42,702 nt of DNA from Patescibacteria group bacterium. GTDB lineage: Bacteria > Patescibacteriota > SICC01. The position numbers and the translations under genes were made by a program. Position 1 is the first letter of the stretch, and each line of letters starts with the position of its first letter. The stretch lies in NCBI GenBank assembly GCA_040902515.1, contig JBBDXB010000003.1, positions 1 to 42,702 of the forward strand. The letters are read 5' to 3'. The notes beneath the pieces are model-generated. The model was not told the origin of the DNA. It searched no databases and was given only the letters and a program-made list of their open reading frames with translations. Below are positions 12,938 to 22,938 of this stretch, in pieces.

Positions 12938-13284
12938 ACCAGCTCTACCTTGATGGATTCGGCCGCGTCACCGGGGCGTGGCCCCAGCTTGCTCAATCGC
13001 ACGTATCCGCCCGGCCGGTCCTTGTACTTCGGGCCGATCTCTTCCAGGAGCTTCCTGACCGCGTTCGGTTCGGGGAGTTCTCCGACCAGTGCTCGGAGGT
13101 GCGGTACCGTATTGTGCTTCGACTTGGTGATCAGCGGTTCGACGAACCGGCGCAGCTCCTTGGCCTTGCCGGACGAGGTCACGACCGACTCGTCGATGAT
13201 CAGCGACGTGGCGAGGTTACGCAGAAGCGCCCGCCGATGCTCGGCGACCCGTCCTAAGGACCGACCGTGCCGGCGGTGCTTCAT
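12934..13284 (-). CDS. rplQ: 50S ribosomal protein L17
   Basis: HRRALLRNLATSL, KAKELR, RPGGY, RPGDAA. Confidence 0.98.
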   Translation of the reverse strand: MKHRRHGRSLGRVAEHRRALLRNLATSLIIDESVVTSSGKAKELRRFVEPLITKSKHNTVPHLRALVGELPEPNAVRKLLEEIGPKYKDRPGGYVRLSKLGPRPGDAAESIKVELV

Positions 13285-13286
13285 GC

Positions 13287-14219
13287 TTACGCCTCCGCGG
13301 TCTCGTTAGTGAGTCCGAGTTCCTGCAGTTTTCCGGAGACTTCGGTCACGCCCTTGTCACCGAATCCCTTGAGGCTCTCAAGGTCTTCCCGGGAAAGCTT
13401 GGCGACGTCGCCGACGGTCTTGAGGTCGGCACCCAGGAGCGCGTTGGCGGTCCGGGCGGAAAAACCTGCCTCTTCGATCGGCAGGTCCGCGCCCGCCGGT
13501 GCGGACGCCGGGCTGTTCGCGGACGCTTCCGGCTTCGCGTCGGGATCTACGAACAACCGGAACTGGGATACCAGGATCCGCGCCGCGTCCTTGACGGCGT
13601 CGGCCGGCGACACGGTCTTGTCCGTGGTCACGTTGATGATCAACCGGTCGAAGTTCGTCATCTGGCCGACACGGGTGTTCTCCACCTGGAAGTTAACCCG
13701 TTTCACCGGAGTGAAGATGGCATCGACCGCGATCGTACCGACCGGCAGCTTCTGCTCCTCCCGACGCTCGACCGGGAAGTACCCGCGGCCCTTTTCGATC
13801 GTCAGTTCGGCATCCACGGCGGCTTTCTTGTCCGAAAGCGTCGCGATGTGCTGATCCTTGCCCACGACCTTGAGACGGTCGGTCTCGGCGATATCCTTGG
13901 CCGTGATCTTGCCGGCGCCCTTCTTGGTCAGGCTGACGGTCACCGGTTCGTCTCCGTCCAGTTGGAAGCGGACTTGCTTGAGGTTCAGGAGGACTTCGAT
14001 CACGTCTTCCTTCACACCGGGAATGGTCGAGAATTCATGGTCGACGCCGGTGAACTTCACCGAGGTGATCGCGGCGCCGGTCAGGCTGGAAAGCAACACG
14101 CGTCGCAGTGCCGAGCCCATGGTAGTGCCGTAGCCGGGGTACAGCGGTTCGATGACGAACGTGCCCTCCTCGGCGGTGGCCTGCTTAGTTTCGATGGCTG
14201 GGGTGGTGATCTCTTGCAC
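13287..14219 (-). CDS. rpoA: RNA polymerase alpha subunit
   Basis: EPLYPGYGTTMGSALRRVLLSSL, HEFSTIPGVKEDV, GRGY, CTD FSARTANAL; GTG at 14219 behind SD AAGGAG. Confidence 0.98.
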   Translation of the reverse strand: MQEITTPAIETKQATAEEGTFVIEPLYPGYGTTMGSALRRVLLSSLTGAAITSVKFTGVDHEFSTIPGVKEDVIEVLLNLKQVRFQLDGDEPVTVSLTKKGAGKITAKDIAETDRLKVVGKDQHIATLSDKKAAVDAELTIEKGRGYFPVERREEQKLPVGTIAVDAIFTPVKRVNFQVENTRVGQMTNFDRLIINVTTDKTVSPADAVKDAARILVSQFRLFVDPDAKPEASANSPASAPAGADLPIEEAGFSARTANALLGADLKTVGDVAKLSREDLESLKGFGDKGVTEVSGKLQELGLTNETAEA

Positions 14220-14283
14220 GAGGCTCCTTTCTAGTGTCAACAAGCTTAAAGCTTAGCGAAAAATTAGTCTTCTTTAAAGGGGT

Positions 14284-14895
14284 CTACCGGGAGTAGAACT
14301 CCACGATCAGTTGTTCGTTGATGGTTGCGTCAATTTCCTGGCGTCCCGGTTCGGCGATTACCTTGCCGGTGAGCTTGGTCGCGTCGAACTGCAGCCAGTC
14401 GGGCTGGTTCTTGCCCTTCAGCGCATCAAGGTCCGTCCGTTCACGATACGCCTTCGCGAACGACTCGGCGAGGGTGATCTCGTCCCCGGCGGACACGGCG
14501 TACGACGGCGACTTTACCTTTCTGCCATTCACACGCACATGACCGTGTCCGACGAACTGCCGTGCCTGCGCCCGCGTCTCCGCGATACCGAGCCGGAAGA
14601 TGACGTTGTCGAGACGAAGCTCGAGCATGCGCATCAGGTTCTCGCCGGTGATGCCGGACTGGCGGTCGGCCTTCCGGTAGTAATTGCGGAACTGCCGCTC
14701 CAGGAGTCCGTAGGTATAGCGGGCTTTCTGCTTCTCGCGGAGCTGGGTGCCGAATTCGGAAAGCCGGGCACCGCGCCGCAGGCCGTGCTGTCCCGGCGGA
14801 TAGCTTCGTCGCGTCACCGCCGTGCCGGAGCCGTCCGGCGGCACTTGTCCGAGCCGTCGCCAGCGCCTGGCCTTGGGTCCCGTGTACCGCGCCAT
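14284..14895 (-). CDS. rpsD: 30S ribosomal protein S4
   Basis: MARYTGP, PGQHG, QLREKQK, LELRLDNV, LIVEFYSR. Confidence 0.98.
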   Translation of the reverse strand: MARYTGPKARRWRRLGQVPPDGSGTAVTRRSYPPGQHGLRRGARLSEFGTQLREKQKARYTYGLLERQFRNYYRKADRQSGITGENLMRMLELRLDNVIFRLGIAETRAQARQFVGHGHVRVNGRKVKSPSYAVSAGDEITLAESFAKAYRERTDLDALKGKNQPDWLQFDATKLTGKVIAEPGRQEIDATINEQLIVEFYSR

Positions 14896-15305
14896 CAGAC
14901 CCGCCTCGGTTTCTTGGCCCGCACGCCGTTGTGCGGGATCGGTGTCATGTCCTTGAGCTGGGTCACGTTGAGTCCCGACGCCTGGAGCGCCCGGATCGCC
15001 GCATCACGGCCGCTGCCGACGCCCCGTACAAATACGGCCACGCTGCGGAGTCCCGCCTGCTTCGCCTTTTCGGCGGCCTGCTGGGTCGCCAGCGTCGCGG
15101 CATAGGGCGTGGACTTGCGGGTACCCTTGAACCCGGCGCTTCCCGGGCTTCCCCAGGTCAGCACCTTCCCGGACGTGTCCGTGAACGAGACGATCGTGTT
15201 ATTGAACGTCGCCTGGATGTAGACTTTGCCCTGCTCGGAGGGGGCCTTGATCTTCCGCTTGCGCACGCCCTTCGCGGGCCCTTTGCCAGTCTTCGCGTCT
15301 GCCAT
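14895..15305 (-). CDS. rpsK: 30S ribosomal protein S11
   Basis: [33 protein letters not shown]. Three tandem ATGs make the start ambiguous (15311/15308/15305). Confidence 0.98.
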   Translation of the reverse strand: MADAKTGKGPAKGVRKRKIKAPSEQGKVYIQATFNNTIVSFTDTSGKVLTWGSPGSAGFKGTRKSTPYAATLATQQAAEKAKQAGLRSVAVFVRGVGSGRDAAIRALQASGLNVTQLKDMTPIPHNGVRAKKPRRV

Positions 15306-15307
15306 CA

Positions 15308-15691
15308 TCATGTCTTCGCCGCCGCCTTAATCCGGCCGGAACCGACCGTCAGTCGTTTACCCCGCTTCGCGCGGGCATTCGTCTTCGTACGCTGGCCGCG
15401 GACCGGAAGCTTCCGTTCATGCCGCACGCCGCGGTACGTACCGATGTCCTTCAGCCGCTTCAGGTTTCCGGACACTTCGCGCCGCAGGTCACCTTCGACC
15501 GTGAGCTTACCGACGAAGTCGGCGAGCTGCCTCACCTCGGCCTCGGTCAGGTCCTTAGCCCGCTTCGCCCGGTCGATCCCGACGCTCTCGACCGCCTTGG
15601 CGGCGTGTGAACGGCCGACACCGTACACCGCCGTCAGGGCGATCTCCACGCGCTTGTCATTCGGCAGGTTGACTCCTTCGATCCGCGCCAT
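15308..15691 (-). CDS. rpsM: 30S ribosomal protein S13
   Basis: [30 protein letters not shown]. Confidence 0.98.
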   Translation of the reverse strand: MARIEGVNLPNDKRVEIALTAVYGVGRSHAAKAVESVGIDRAKRAKDLTEAEVRQLADFVGKLTVEGDLRREVSGNLKRLKDIGTYRGVRHERKLPVRGQRTKTNARAKRGKRLTVGSGRIKAAAKT

Positions 15692-15805
15692 CTAGCCCTG
15701 CCTCTGCTTATGCCGCGGGTTGTCACAGACAACCCGGACCACGCCGCGGCGGCGGATGATCTTGCACTTGGCGCACATGGGCTTCACTGATGCTCGTACT
15801 TTCAT
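15692..15805 (-). CDS. rpmJ: 50S ribosomal protein L36 (zinc-ribbon type); not in the supplied ORF track
   Basis: Manual translation: [37 protein letters not shown]. Confidence 0.97.
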   Translation of the reverse strand: MKVRASVKPMCAKCKIIRRRGVVRVVCDNPRHKQRQG

Positions 15806-15811
15806 GATTCG

Positions 15812-16030
15812 TTACTTGTGCCGATAGGTGATGCGGCCTTTGCTGAGGTCATACGGCGTCATCTCGACGGTGACCTTGTCTCCCGGCAGGATCTTGATGT
15901 AGTGCTTGCGCATCTTGCCGGAGATGTGCCCGAGGATCTCGTGGCCGCCTTCGATCTCGATCTTGAACATGGCATTCGGAAGATTCTCCTTGACCGTTCC
16001 ACTGACCTCGATGACTTCTTCTTTGGACAT
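15812..16030 (-). CDS. infA: translation initiation factor IF-1
   Basis: [32 protein letters not shown]. Confidence 0.98.
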   Translation of the reverse strand: MSKEEVIEVSGTVKENLPNAMFKIEIEGGHEILGHISGKMRKHYIKILPGDKVTVEMTPYDLSKGRITYRHK

Positions 16031-16049
16031 GGCAATCGCGCTACGAACA

Positions 16050-16853
16050 CTACCGCGACTCGCCGGGAGTCGCTTTCCTCAGTCTAGCACCGGGATTTTC
16101 GCCGGACAAGCGTAGGGTCGCCGGGGTCAGGCGGATCGGCGCGCCGTCGGTGATCACGACGGTCTCTTCGGCATGGGCCGCGAGCGAGCCGTCGGCGGTC
16201 GAAAGCGTCCAGTGGTCCGCCGCGATCTCGAGCCGCGGATTGCCTGCCACCACCATCGGCTCGATCGCCACCACCATGCCGGTCGAGAAACGGCTTCCCT
16301 TACCCTTTTTTCCAAAGTTCGGAATGGACGGTTCCTCGTGCAGTTTGGTGCCGATGCCGTGACCGACACAGTCGCGGACCACCGCGAACCCCTGCTCCTT
16401 CACGTAGGCATCCACGGCCGCGCCGAGGTCGCCGGTGGTCCGCCCGTCCCGGGCTTCGCCGAGCGCGATACCGAGCGCTTCTTCCGTCACCGCGAGCAGC
16501 CGCGCTGCGTCCGCGGGAATGTTCCCCACCCCGACGGTCAACGCCGCATCGGCGTAGTACCCGTCCACCTGGGCGCCGACGTCGAAGCTGGCCAAGTCGC
16601 CATCCGCGAGCGGCTGGTCCGTGGGAATGCCATGCACGACTTGTGCGTTCACCGACAAGCAGACGCTGGCCGGGAATCCGCGGTATCCTTTGAACGCCGG
16701 TACGCCGCCGTGGGAACGGATCAGGGCTTCGGCCTGCCGGTCGAGTTCAATACCGGATACTCCCGGAACGGCGGCATTCCGGAGCATGCCCAGGGTCCGG
16801 GCGACGATCTCGCCCGCCCGACGCTGCGCGGCCGGGGCGTCAGTCTTCGACAT
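16050..16853 (-). CDS. map: methionine aminopeptidase type I
   Basis: GFPASVC.SVN..VVHGIP, DVG, YYADAA, GHGIG..LHEEP, AIEPM; start taken at MSKTD. Confidence 0.96.
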   Translation of the reverse strand: MSKTDAPAAQRRAGEIVARTLGMLRNAAVPGVSGIELDRQAEALIRSHGGVPAFKGYRGFPASVCLSVNAQVVHGIPTDQPLADGDLASFDVGAQVDGYYADAALTVGVGNIPADAARLLAVTEEALGIALGEARDGRTTGDLGAAVDAYVKEQGFAVVRDCVGHGIGTKLHEEPSIPNFGKKGKGSRFSTGMVVAIEPMVVAGNPRLEIAADHWTLSTADGSLAAHAEETVVITDGAPIRLTPATLRLSGENPGARLRKATPGESR

Positions 16854-17433
16854 CCGGAAGCTTCCTGACGGTTTCTTCGGCGACCGCACTTACCGTCTGG
16901 TCACCGTCGACGTGGACGATGTCCGCCCACTCCTTCACGACATCCAGCACTGGCTGGGTCTGCTCCTGGTACAGCTCATGCCGCTGTTTGATCACCGGTT
17001 CGATATCGTCGTGGCGGCCTTCTATCTCCCGGCGCTTGAGCAGGCGCTCCACGAGCTTGTGCTGGGGCACCTCGAAGTTGATGAAGACGGGCTTGGGATC
17101 GAGCCGGCCGAGCCCCGCCAGGATGCGGTGCAGCTGTTCGGCCTGGTAATGGTTCCGCGGGTACCCGTCGAGAACGAACCCCGTGTCCGGCGGGATGCCG
17201 CCGATCTGCAGTTCGATCATCTCCGTCGCCAGCTCGTCCGAGACCAGATGGCCGCGCTTGAGGGTCTCGGAGATCCGGGCGCCGATCGCCGACTGCTCCT
17301 CCGCCATCTCGCGGAGCCGCTCGCCGGTGTTCGCGTGGACAAGCCCGAACCGTTCGGCAAGAATCTTTGCCTGAGTCCCCTTGCCCACGCCCTGGGCTCC
17401 GAAGACGATCAGATGAAGACGCCGGTGCTTCAT
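16840..17433 (-). CDS. adk: adenylate kinase, short LID-less form
   Basis: P-loop GAQGVGKGTQA, G.LVSDE, LDGYPRN, GRHDD; conserved position after secY. Confidence 0.93.
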   Translation of the reverse strand: MKHRRLHLIVFGAQGVGKGTQAKILAERFGLVHANTGERLREMAEEQSAIGARISETLKRGHLVSDELATEMIELQIGGIPPDTGFVLDGYPRNHYQAEQLHRILAGLGRLDPKPVFINFEVPQHKLVERLLKRREIEGRHDDIEPVIKQRHELYQEQTQPVLDVVKEWADIVHVDGDQTVSAVAEETVRKLPDVED

Positions 17434-18734
17434 GTGTCCTGGTACCGGTCATACCGCCGCATCAGGAGCTGCGCGTTGATCTGCTTCATCGTCTCGATCA
17501 CCACGGAGATCACGATCAGGATGCTGGTACCGCCGATCGTCAGCGTCTGCACGTCGGGAACGGCGAACTGCGTCAGATACGGCAGGATCGCCACGGTACC
17601 GAGGAAGATGCCGCCGACCAGGGTGATCCGGTTCAGGATGTATCGCAGGTAGTTTTCGGTCTCCGTACCGGGCCGGATGCCGGGGATGAACCCGCCCTGC
17701 TTCTGGATGTTCTCGGCGACGTTCTTCGGGTTGAAGGTGACCGAGGTATAGAAATAAGTGAACCCGATCACCAGCAGGAAGTAGAGCAGCCAGTACCAGG
17801 GTTGGGTCGTGGCGAAGAAGTCGGAGACGGCCCGCGCCGCGTCGGCCACCGCCGCGTTCGAGGAGCCCTTGAAGAACTCCGCGAAGATGCCCGGCAGCAG
17901 CACCATCGAGACCGCGAAGATGATCGGAATCACGCCCGCCTGGTTCACCCGGAGCGGGATGTGGGCGCCCGGTCGGCCGGCCTGCCGGACGCCGGTCGCC
18001 CGACGGGCGTAGGTCACCGGTATCCGCCGCGTCCCTTCGGTGATGAACGTGATCGCATAGACGGTCACCAGCGCGACCACGCCGAGCAGCACGATCTGCA
18101 GCGTCGAGGTGCCGCCGAGCGAGGCCGCCCAGGACTGGCTGAGGGCCATCGGCAGACCCGCGACGATACTGGTGAAGATGATCAGCGAGATGCCGTTACC
18201 GATGCCGTTCTCGGTGATCAGCTCGCCGAGCCACATCAGCATCACGGTCCCGGCGGTCATCGTGATGATCACGAGCAGCCACTGCTCGATCCCGAACGCA
18301 CCGACGATCGGCGCGCCTCCGAGCTGCTGGGTCTGGAGGAGATTTACCATCGCCACGGCTTGCAGCGCCGCCAGCGGCACGGTCAGCATACGCGTGTACT
18401 GGCTGATCTTCCGCCGTCCCTGCTCCCCGCCTTCCTTCTGGAGCTGTTCCAGCTTGGGTACGGAGTACGTCAAAAGCTGCATGATGATCGCCGCGGTGAT
18501 GTACGGCCCCAGGCCCATCATCGCAATCGAGAAGTTCGAGAGCCCGCCGCCGGTGAAGAGGTTCACCAGGCCGAATACCTGGCTCTGCTCGAAGAAGTTG
18601 CGAACCTGTTCAAGGTCCACCTCGGGAATCGGCACGTGGGCCAGGATCCGGGTAATGATCAGGATGCCGGCTACGAAGAGCAGGCGTTTGCGGAGGTCGC
18701 GATGGGCGAATACCTGCCTGAGTTTATCGAGCAT
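17430..18734 (-). CDS. secY: preprotein translocase SecY
   Basis: GLGPYITAAIIMQLL, WLGELITENGIGNGISLIIF, AGVIPIIFA, IPGIRPG, GGTSILIV. Confidence 0.98.
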   Translation of the reverse strand: MLDKLRQVFAHRDLRKRLLFVAGILIITRILAHVPIPEVDLEQVRNFFEQSQVFGLVNLFTGGGLSNFSIAMMGLGPYITAAIIMQLLTYSVPKLEQLQKEGGEQGRRKISQYTRMLTVPLAALQAVAMVNLLQTQQLGGAPIVGAFGIEQWLLVIITMTAGTVMLMWLGELITENGIGNGISLIIFTSIVAGLPMALSQSWAASLGGTSTLQIVLLGVVALVTVYAITFITEGTRRIPVTYARRATGVRQAGRPGAHIPLRVNQAGVIPIIFAVSMVLLPGIFAEFFKGSSNAAVADAARAVSDFFATTQPWYWLLYFLLVIGFTYFYTSVTFNPKNVAENIQKQGGFIPGIRPGTETENYLRYILNRITLVGGIFLGTVAILPYLTQFAVPDVQTLTIGGTSILIVISVVIETMKQINAQLLMRRYDRYQDT

Positions 18735-19194
18735 CGTTCGAGGACTCCGTGTCCGGCTTGGACGCGGGAAGCTTGACGCTGCCGCCCGCCTGTTTGATCG
18801 CCTTTTCAGCGGAGCCGGTCACGGCATCGGCCGTGAGGGAAATCTTCGGCGCGGTGCCGTTTCCGAACACTTTCAGGCGCCGGGCGTCCCGAGGAGCCAG
18901 TCCCGCTTGCTTGAGCACGCCCAGGTCCACGGCGCCGCTGAGTTTCCGGTCCGCGAGACGGGCGACGGAAACGGCGGCCGTCTGCTGGCCATGGTTCTTG
19001 AATCCGCGCAGCTTCGGCAGGCGCTGGGTCAGCGGCATCTGTCCGCCCTCGAACCTGACGGGCATGTAGTGGTGGCCGGCCCGTGACTTTTGTCCCTTGG
19101 TGCCACGGCCCGCGGTCTTGCCATACCCCGAAGCCGTTCCCCGGCCGGGGCGCTTGCGCACGGCGGTCGTCTTCGGCAGACGTCCGAGGGTCAT
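18724..19194 (-). CDS. rplO: 50S ribosomal protein L15
   Basis: GRGTASGYGKTAGRGTKGQKSR, FEGGQMPL..RLPK.RGF. Confidence 0.97.
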   Translation of the reverse strand: MTLGRLPKTTAVRKRPGRGTASGYGKTAGRGTKGQKSRAGHHYMPVRFEGGQMPLTQRLPKLRGFKNHGQQTAAVSVARLADRKLSGAVDLGVLKQAGLAPRDARRLKVFGNGTAPKISLTADAVTGSAEKAIKQAGGSVKLPASKPDTESSNDAR

Positions 19195-19739
19195 ACGGCC
19201 TCCTGGGCGGTTTCCTTGGTTCCCTTGGTTCCCTTGGTTTCCTTGGTTTCCTTCAGCCGCGAAAGGTCCGTATTCGCGAACGTCTCCAAGGCAGCCAGCG
19301 CCGCCTTGGCGTTGTTGATCCGGTTGTCGGATCCCAATGACTTCGATAGCACGTTCGTGATGCCGGACAGCTCGATTACCGGACGCACCGCGCCACCGGC
19401 GATGATGCCGGTACCCGGGCGCGCCGGCTTGAGCAGGACCTTGGCGCCGGCAAACGACGTGGTCAGCTGGAACGGGATCGTCTGGTCGACGATGGGCACG
19501 GTGATCATCTCCTTCTTGGCCACCGAGATGGCTTTCCGGATCGCTCCCTGCACGTCGGCGGCCTTGGCGATTCCCAATCCGATCCTGCCTTTACGGTCAC
19601 CGATCACGACGGTCGCCCGGAAACGGAACCGCCGTCCACCTTTCTGGACGCGGGCTACGCGGTCGATCTGGACCACGCGTTCCTCGAATTCCGACTGCGG
19701 ACGCGGGGCCCGGCGCGTCGGTGCGGGCGAAGGTCTCAT
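19191..19739 (-). CDS. rpsE: 30S ribosomal protein S5
   Basis: RVARVQKGGRRFRF, GTGIIAGGAVR, KSLGS. Confidence 0.98.
   Translation of the reverse strand: MRPSPAPTRRAPRPQSEFEERVVQIDRVARVQKGGRRFRFRATVVIGDRKGRIGLGIAKAADVQGAIRKAISVAKKEMITVPIVDQTIPFQLTTSFAGAKVLLKPARPGTGIIAGGAVRPVIELSGITNVLSKSLGSDNRINNAKAALAALETFANTDLSRLKETKETKGTKGTKETAQEAV
19209..19253. repeat. 9-bp tandem repeat, 5 copies, in the rpsE 3' end
   Basis: ggtttcctt, ggttccctt, ggttccctt, ggtttcctt, ggtttcctt, encoding KETKETKGTKGTKET. Confidence 0.95.
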
Positions 19740-20077
19740 ATCCTCACCCCGCCTTCCCTGGCTGCTTCGCAGATCGCTTTCACGGCTCCATGATACCGGT
19801 ATCCCGCACGGTCGAAGACCGCGGCGGAAAGCTTCTTCGCCTTGGCCTGCTTGGCGACTTCGGTCCCGAGCGCCGTCGCGGCTTCCACGTTGGCTGCGGC
19901 GCCCTTCGTGCCCGCGTTCGTCACGGCAAGCAGCACCGTGCCGGTAGCATCATCTATCAGCTGGGCGGAGAGCGTCTTCGTGCCTCGGAAGACCACCAGG
20001 CGCGGCCGGTCCGCGGTCCCGGAGATCCGGGAACGGACGCGCCGATGCCGGGCCGATCGTGCGATCGTCTTCATCAC
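19736..20077 (-). CDS. rplR: 50S ribosomal protein L18
   Basis: GTADRPRL.VFR, AQLIDD, FDRAGYRYHG. Confidence 0.97.
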   Translation of the reverse strand: MMKTIARSARHRRVRSRISGTADRPRLVVFRGTKTLSAQLIDDATGTVLLAVTNAGTKGAAANVEAATALGTEVAKQAKAKKLSAAVFDRAGYRYHGAVKAICEAAREGGVRI

Positions 20078-20634
20078 TCGGCTCCCTTCGCGGCCTTGCC
20101 GGCCTTACGACGGACCTGCTCGTCGGCGTACCTGATGCCCTTGCCCTTGTACGGCTCCGGGGGCCGGGTCGCGCGGACTTCCGCGGCGAATTGGCCGATC
20201 TGCTCGGCGTCGGCACCCTTCACGCTGATCACGTTCTTCTTCACTTCGACGGTCGCCCCGGCGGGGATCTTCAGCTCTACCGGATGCGAATAACCTACGT
20301 TCAGCACGAGCTTGTCGCCCTGGACCGCGGCACGGTAGCCCACGCCGTTGAACACGAGCTGCCTGGTGAAGCCTTCCGCCGCTCCCGTGATGATGCTGGC
20401 CACGAGACTGCGGACGAGTCCCGAGGCTGCCCGGGCCCGCTGACTGTCATCGACCGGTAGGACGATGACCATCCCGTCCGCCTGCCGTAACTTCACGAGC
20501 GTAGCCGGATAGTGCTTCCGGATCTCTCCGGCGGGACCCTTGGCGGTCAGCCGGTCACCCTCGGCGGCAAAGGTCACGCCGTCCTTCATCGGTACGGGCA
20601 CCCTGGTGATCCGACTCAGTACGATATCGCTCAT
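20074..20634 (-). CDS. rplF: 50S ribosomal protein L6
   Basis: KGPAG, GVGYRA, GYSHPV, RPPEPYKGKGIRY. Confidence 0.97.
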   Translation of the reverse strand: MSDIVLSRITRVPVPMKDGVTFAAEGDRLTAKGPAGEIRKHYPATLVKLRQADGMVIVLPVDDSQRARAASGLVRSLVASIITGAAEGFTRQLVFNGVGYRAAVQGDKLVLNVGYSHPVELKIPAGATVEVKKNVISVKGADAEQIGQFAAEVRATRPPEPYKGKGIRYADEQVRRKAGKAAKGAE

Positions 20635-21008
20635 CAGAACACCTCCGCGAGTACTTCGCCGCCGAGCTTGCGCTTCCGGGCTTCGTCCGCCGTCATCACG
20701 CCCTGCGGGGTCGAGATGATCGCGATGCCGAGGCCGCGCCGGACGCGCGGCAGTTCGCGGCTCTTCGCGTAGAACCGCCGGCCCGGTGATGATACCCGCT
20801 TCAGGCCTTCCAGCCGGCGTTCTCCTGCGAGATGGAGCACCAGCTCGCCCTCGTCGGTCTCCACTTTCGTGAGGTAGTCGGCCTTGACCAGGACGTCGGC
20901 GATCGCCTGCTTCTGCTTGGAAGCGGGGACGCGCACCGAATCCTTCCCGACCGCCGTGGCGTTCCGGATCCGGGTGAGCATGTCTGCGATGGGATCGGTC
21001 ATCGTCAT
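20634..21008 (-). CDS. rpsH: 30S ribosomal protein S8
   Basis: MTDPIADMLTRIRNA, RVSSPGRR, GLGIAIIST.QGVMT, GGEVL. Confidence 0.98.
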   Translation of the reverse strand: MTMTDPIADMLTRIRNATAVGKDSVRVPASKQKQAIADVLVKADYLTKVETDEGELVLHLAGERRLEGLKRVSSPGRRFYAKSRELPRVRRGLGIAIISTPQGVMTADEARKRKLGGEVLAEVF

Positions 21009-21010
21009 GG

Positions 21011-21196
21011 TTACCAGCTCGCCTTCTTTACGCCCGGGATGTTGCCGCGGGAGCCGAGTTCCCGGAAACAGATCCGGCACAAGTTGAAGTCGCGGAGATA
21101 CCCGCGGCGGCGGCCGCAACGCGTGCAGCGCCGCACGTTCCGCGTGCTGAACTTCGGAGTGCGCTGTGCCTTGAGGATGAGTGCTTTACGTGCCAT
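21011..21196 (-). CDS. rpsN: 30S ribosomal protein S14, zinc-binding type Z
   Basis: 61 aa; [22 protein letters not shown]. Confidence 0.98.
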   Translation of the reverse strand: MARKALILKAQRTPKFSTRNVRRCTRCGRRRGYLRDFNLCRICFRELGSRGNIPGVKKASW

Positions 21197-21205
21197 ATCG
21201 ATTCG

Positions 21206-21748
21206 TTACTTTCCCGGACGACCTTCCGCAAATGGAAACCCGAGGCGCTTCAAGAGATCGAACGCCTCAGCGTCGTCGTCGGTCGTCGTTACTATGGTAA
21301 TGCCTAGCGGGTGCGCTTGCGAGATGTCCTCGGCGGAAACCTCCGGGAAGACCGTATGCTCACGCAGCCCCAGGCTGAAGTTGCCGTGGCCGTCGAAGCC
21401 TTTCGGCGAGATGCCGCGGAAGTCGCGGACCCGCGGCAGCGCGATGTGCACCAGCCGGTAGAAGAAGTCTTCCATCCGGCGGCCGCGGATCGTCACCTTG
21501 GCCCCGATCTCCTGCCCTTCGCGCAGCTTGAAACCGGCGATCGACGTACGCGCCGTGGTAATCGCGGGCTTCTGCCCGGTGATCTTGACCAGGCTCTCGG
21601 TGACCATCTCCTTGTAGGCCTTGTCGTCCTTGCGGCTGCCCGTGCCGACGTTCACCACGACCCGCTCCAGGCGCGGCACGGCCATCCGGTTCCGCTCCTT
21701 GGCAAGCTCGTCACTGACCGTCTTGAACGATTCCCTGACGACGTTCAT
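21206..21748 (-). CDS. rplE: 50S ribosomal protein L5
   Basis: ITGQKP, SIAGFKLREG, LPRVRDFRG, FDGHGN. Confidence 0.98.
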   Translation of the reverse strand: MNVVRESFKTVSDELAKERNRMAVPRLERVVVNVGTGSRKDDKAYKEMVTESLVKITGQKPAITTARTSIAGFKLREGQEIGAKVTIRGRRMEDFFYRLVHIALPRVRDFRGISPKGFDGHGNFSLGLREHTVFPEVSAEDISQAHPLGITIVTTTDDDAEAFDLLKRLGFPFAEGRPGK

Positions 21749-22083
21749 TTCCCTCCTCCGAGCGTGATCTCCTGGCCGGACTTCTTGGCGACCCGTACTT
21801 TCCGGACCTTGCCGGAGGCTGCCTTCGTCACCTTGTGACCGATCCGGGTGCGTTTGCCCGACTTGGGATCGACCGCCATCACGTTCGAGACATGGATCGG
21901 TGCAGGAAACTCCACGATGCCGGCCTGCCGGGTCTTCCCCGACGCCTTGACCGCTTTCTTCATGACGTTCACTCCACCGACGACCACGCGTTCCCGCTCC
22001 CGGAGTACCGCTTCGACCACGCCGGTCTTGCCGCGGTCCTTACCCGCGATCACGACCACCTGCATGCCCGTGCGGAATTTCAT
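21745..22083 (-). CDS. rplX: 50S ribosomal protein L24
   Basis: KOW motif VIAGKDRGKTG; APIHVSNV. Confidence 0.97.
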   Translation of the reverse strand: MKFRTGMQVVVIAGKDRGKTGVVEAVLRERERVVVGGVNVMKKAVKASGKTRQAGIVEFPAPIHVSNVMAVDPKSGKRTRIGHKVTKAASGKVRKVRVAKKSGQEITLGGGK

Positions 22084-22451
22084 CAGAGCACCTCCGGGGC
22101 CAGTGAGACGATCCGGGTGTACCCATGGTCACGGAGCTCGCGGGCGACCGGCCCGAAGATCCGGGTTCCCTTCGGCTGTCCTTCTTCATTCACGATCACT
22201 ACCGCGTTCTCGTCGAAACGGATGCTCGAACCGTCACGCCGGCCCTGCTCCTTGCACTGCCGCACGACGACCGCCTTCACCACGTCCTTCTTCTTGACCG
22301 TGCCTTGCGGCGTAGCTTCTTTCACGGACGCGACGACCAGGTCGCCTAACCGGGCGTAGCGCCGGCGGCTCCCGCCGAGCACCTTGATGCACTTGAGCGC
22401 CTTGGCCCCCGTGTTATCGGCGACATTCAGCTTGGTCTCGGCCTGGATCAT
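22083..22451 (-). CDS. rplN: 50S ribosomal protein L14
   Basis: [35 protein letters not shown]. Confidence 0.99.
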   Translation of the reverse strand: MIQAETKLNVADNTGAKALKCIKVLGGSRRRYARLGDLVVASVKEATPQGTVKKKDVVKAVVVRQCKEQGRRDGSSIRFDENAVVIVNEEGQPKGTRIFGPVARELRDHGYTRIVSLAPEVL

Positions 22452-22702
22452 GCCGCGCCCTCCTCCTTGGCCGGCTTCCGGTCGATCACCTTCCAGCGCT
22501 TACGTGCGGACATCGGACGGCTCGATTCTATCGTCACGGCGTCGCCCGGCTGGCACGCGTTGTCCGCGTCATGCGCCATGAACTTCTTGGTAACCGTGAA
22601 GGCTTTGCGGTAGATCGCGTGGCGTACCCGCCGCTCCACGGCGACCACGACGGTCTTGTCCGCCTTGTTCGAGACGACCGTACCGGTAATCTGCTTAGCC
22701 AC
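22448..22702 (-). CDS. rpsQ: 30S ribosomal protein S17
   Basis: [25 protein letters not shown]. Confidence 0.97.
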   Translation of the reverse strand: MAKQITGTVVSNKADKTVVVAVERRVRHAIYRKAFTVTKKFMAHDADNACQPGDAVTIESSRPMSARKRWKVIDRKPAKEEGAA

Positions 22703-22937
22703 GGACAGCCTCCTGCTTGCCGGCCGCCGCGAGCCGTTCTTTGGTGAGCGTCCGCGCCAGTGCCCGACGCAGCTGCTTGAGCCGTGCCGGAGAGTCCAGC
22801 TTCTGCAGAACCAGGTCCCGGCGTGCCGTTTCCAACTCCTTGCGGATGCTGGCGGCGTCCGTCGGAATCTTCTTGGCCTGCGTGCCGTCGTCGGCAGCCT
22901 GGCTCTGTACGGGCTTGGCTTTGCGTTCTTCAGCCAT
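22695..22937 (-). CDS. rpmC: 50S ribosomal protein L29 (divergent)
   Basis: Position between rplP and rpsQ; LKQLRRALARTLT motif. Confidence 0.88.
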   Translation of the reverse strand: MAEERKAKPVQSQAADDGTQAKKIPTDAASIRKELETARRDLVLQKLDSPARLKQLRRALARTLTKERLAAAGKQEAVRG

Positions 22938-22938
22938 A

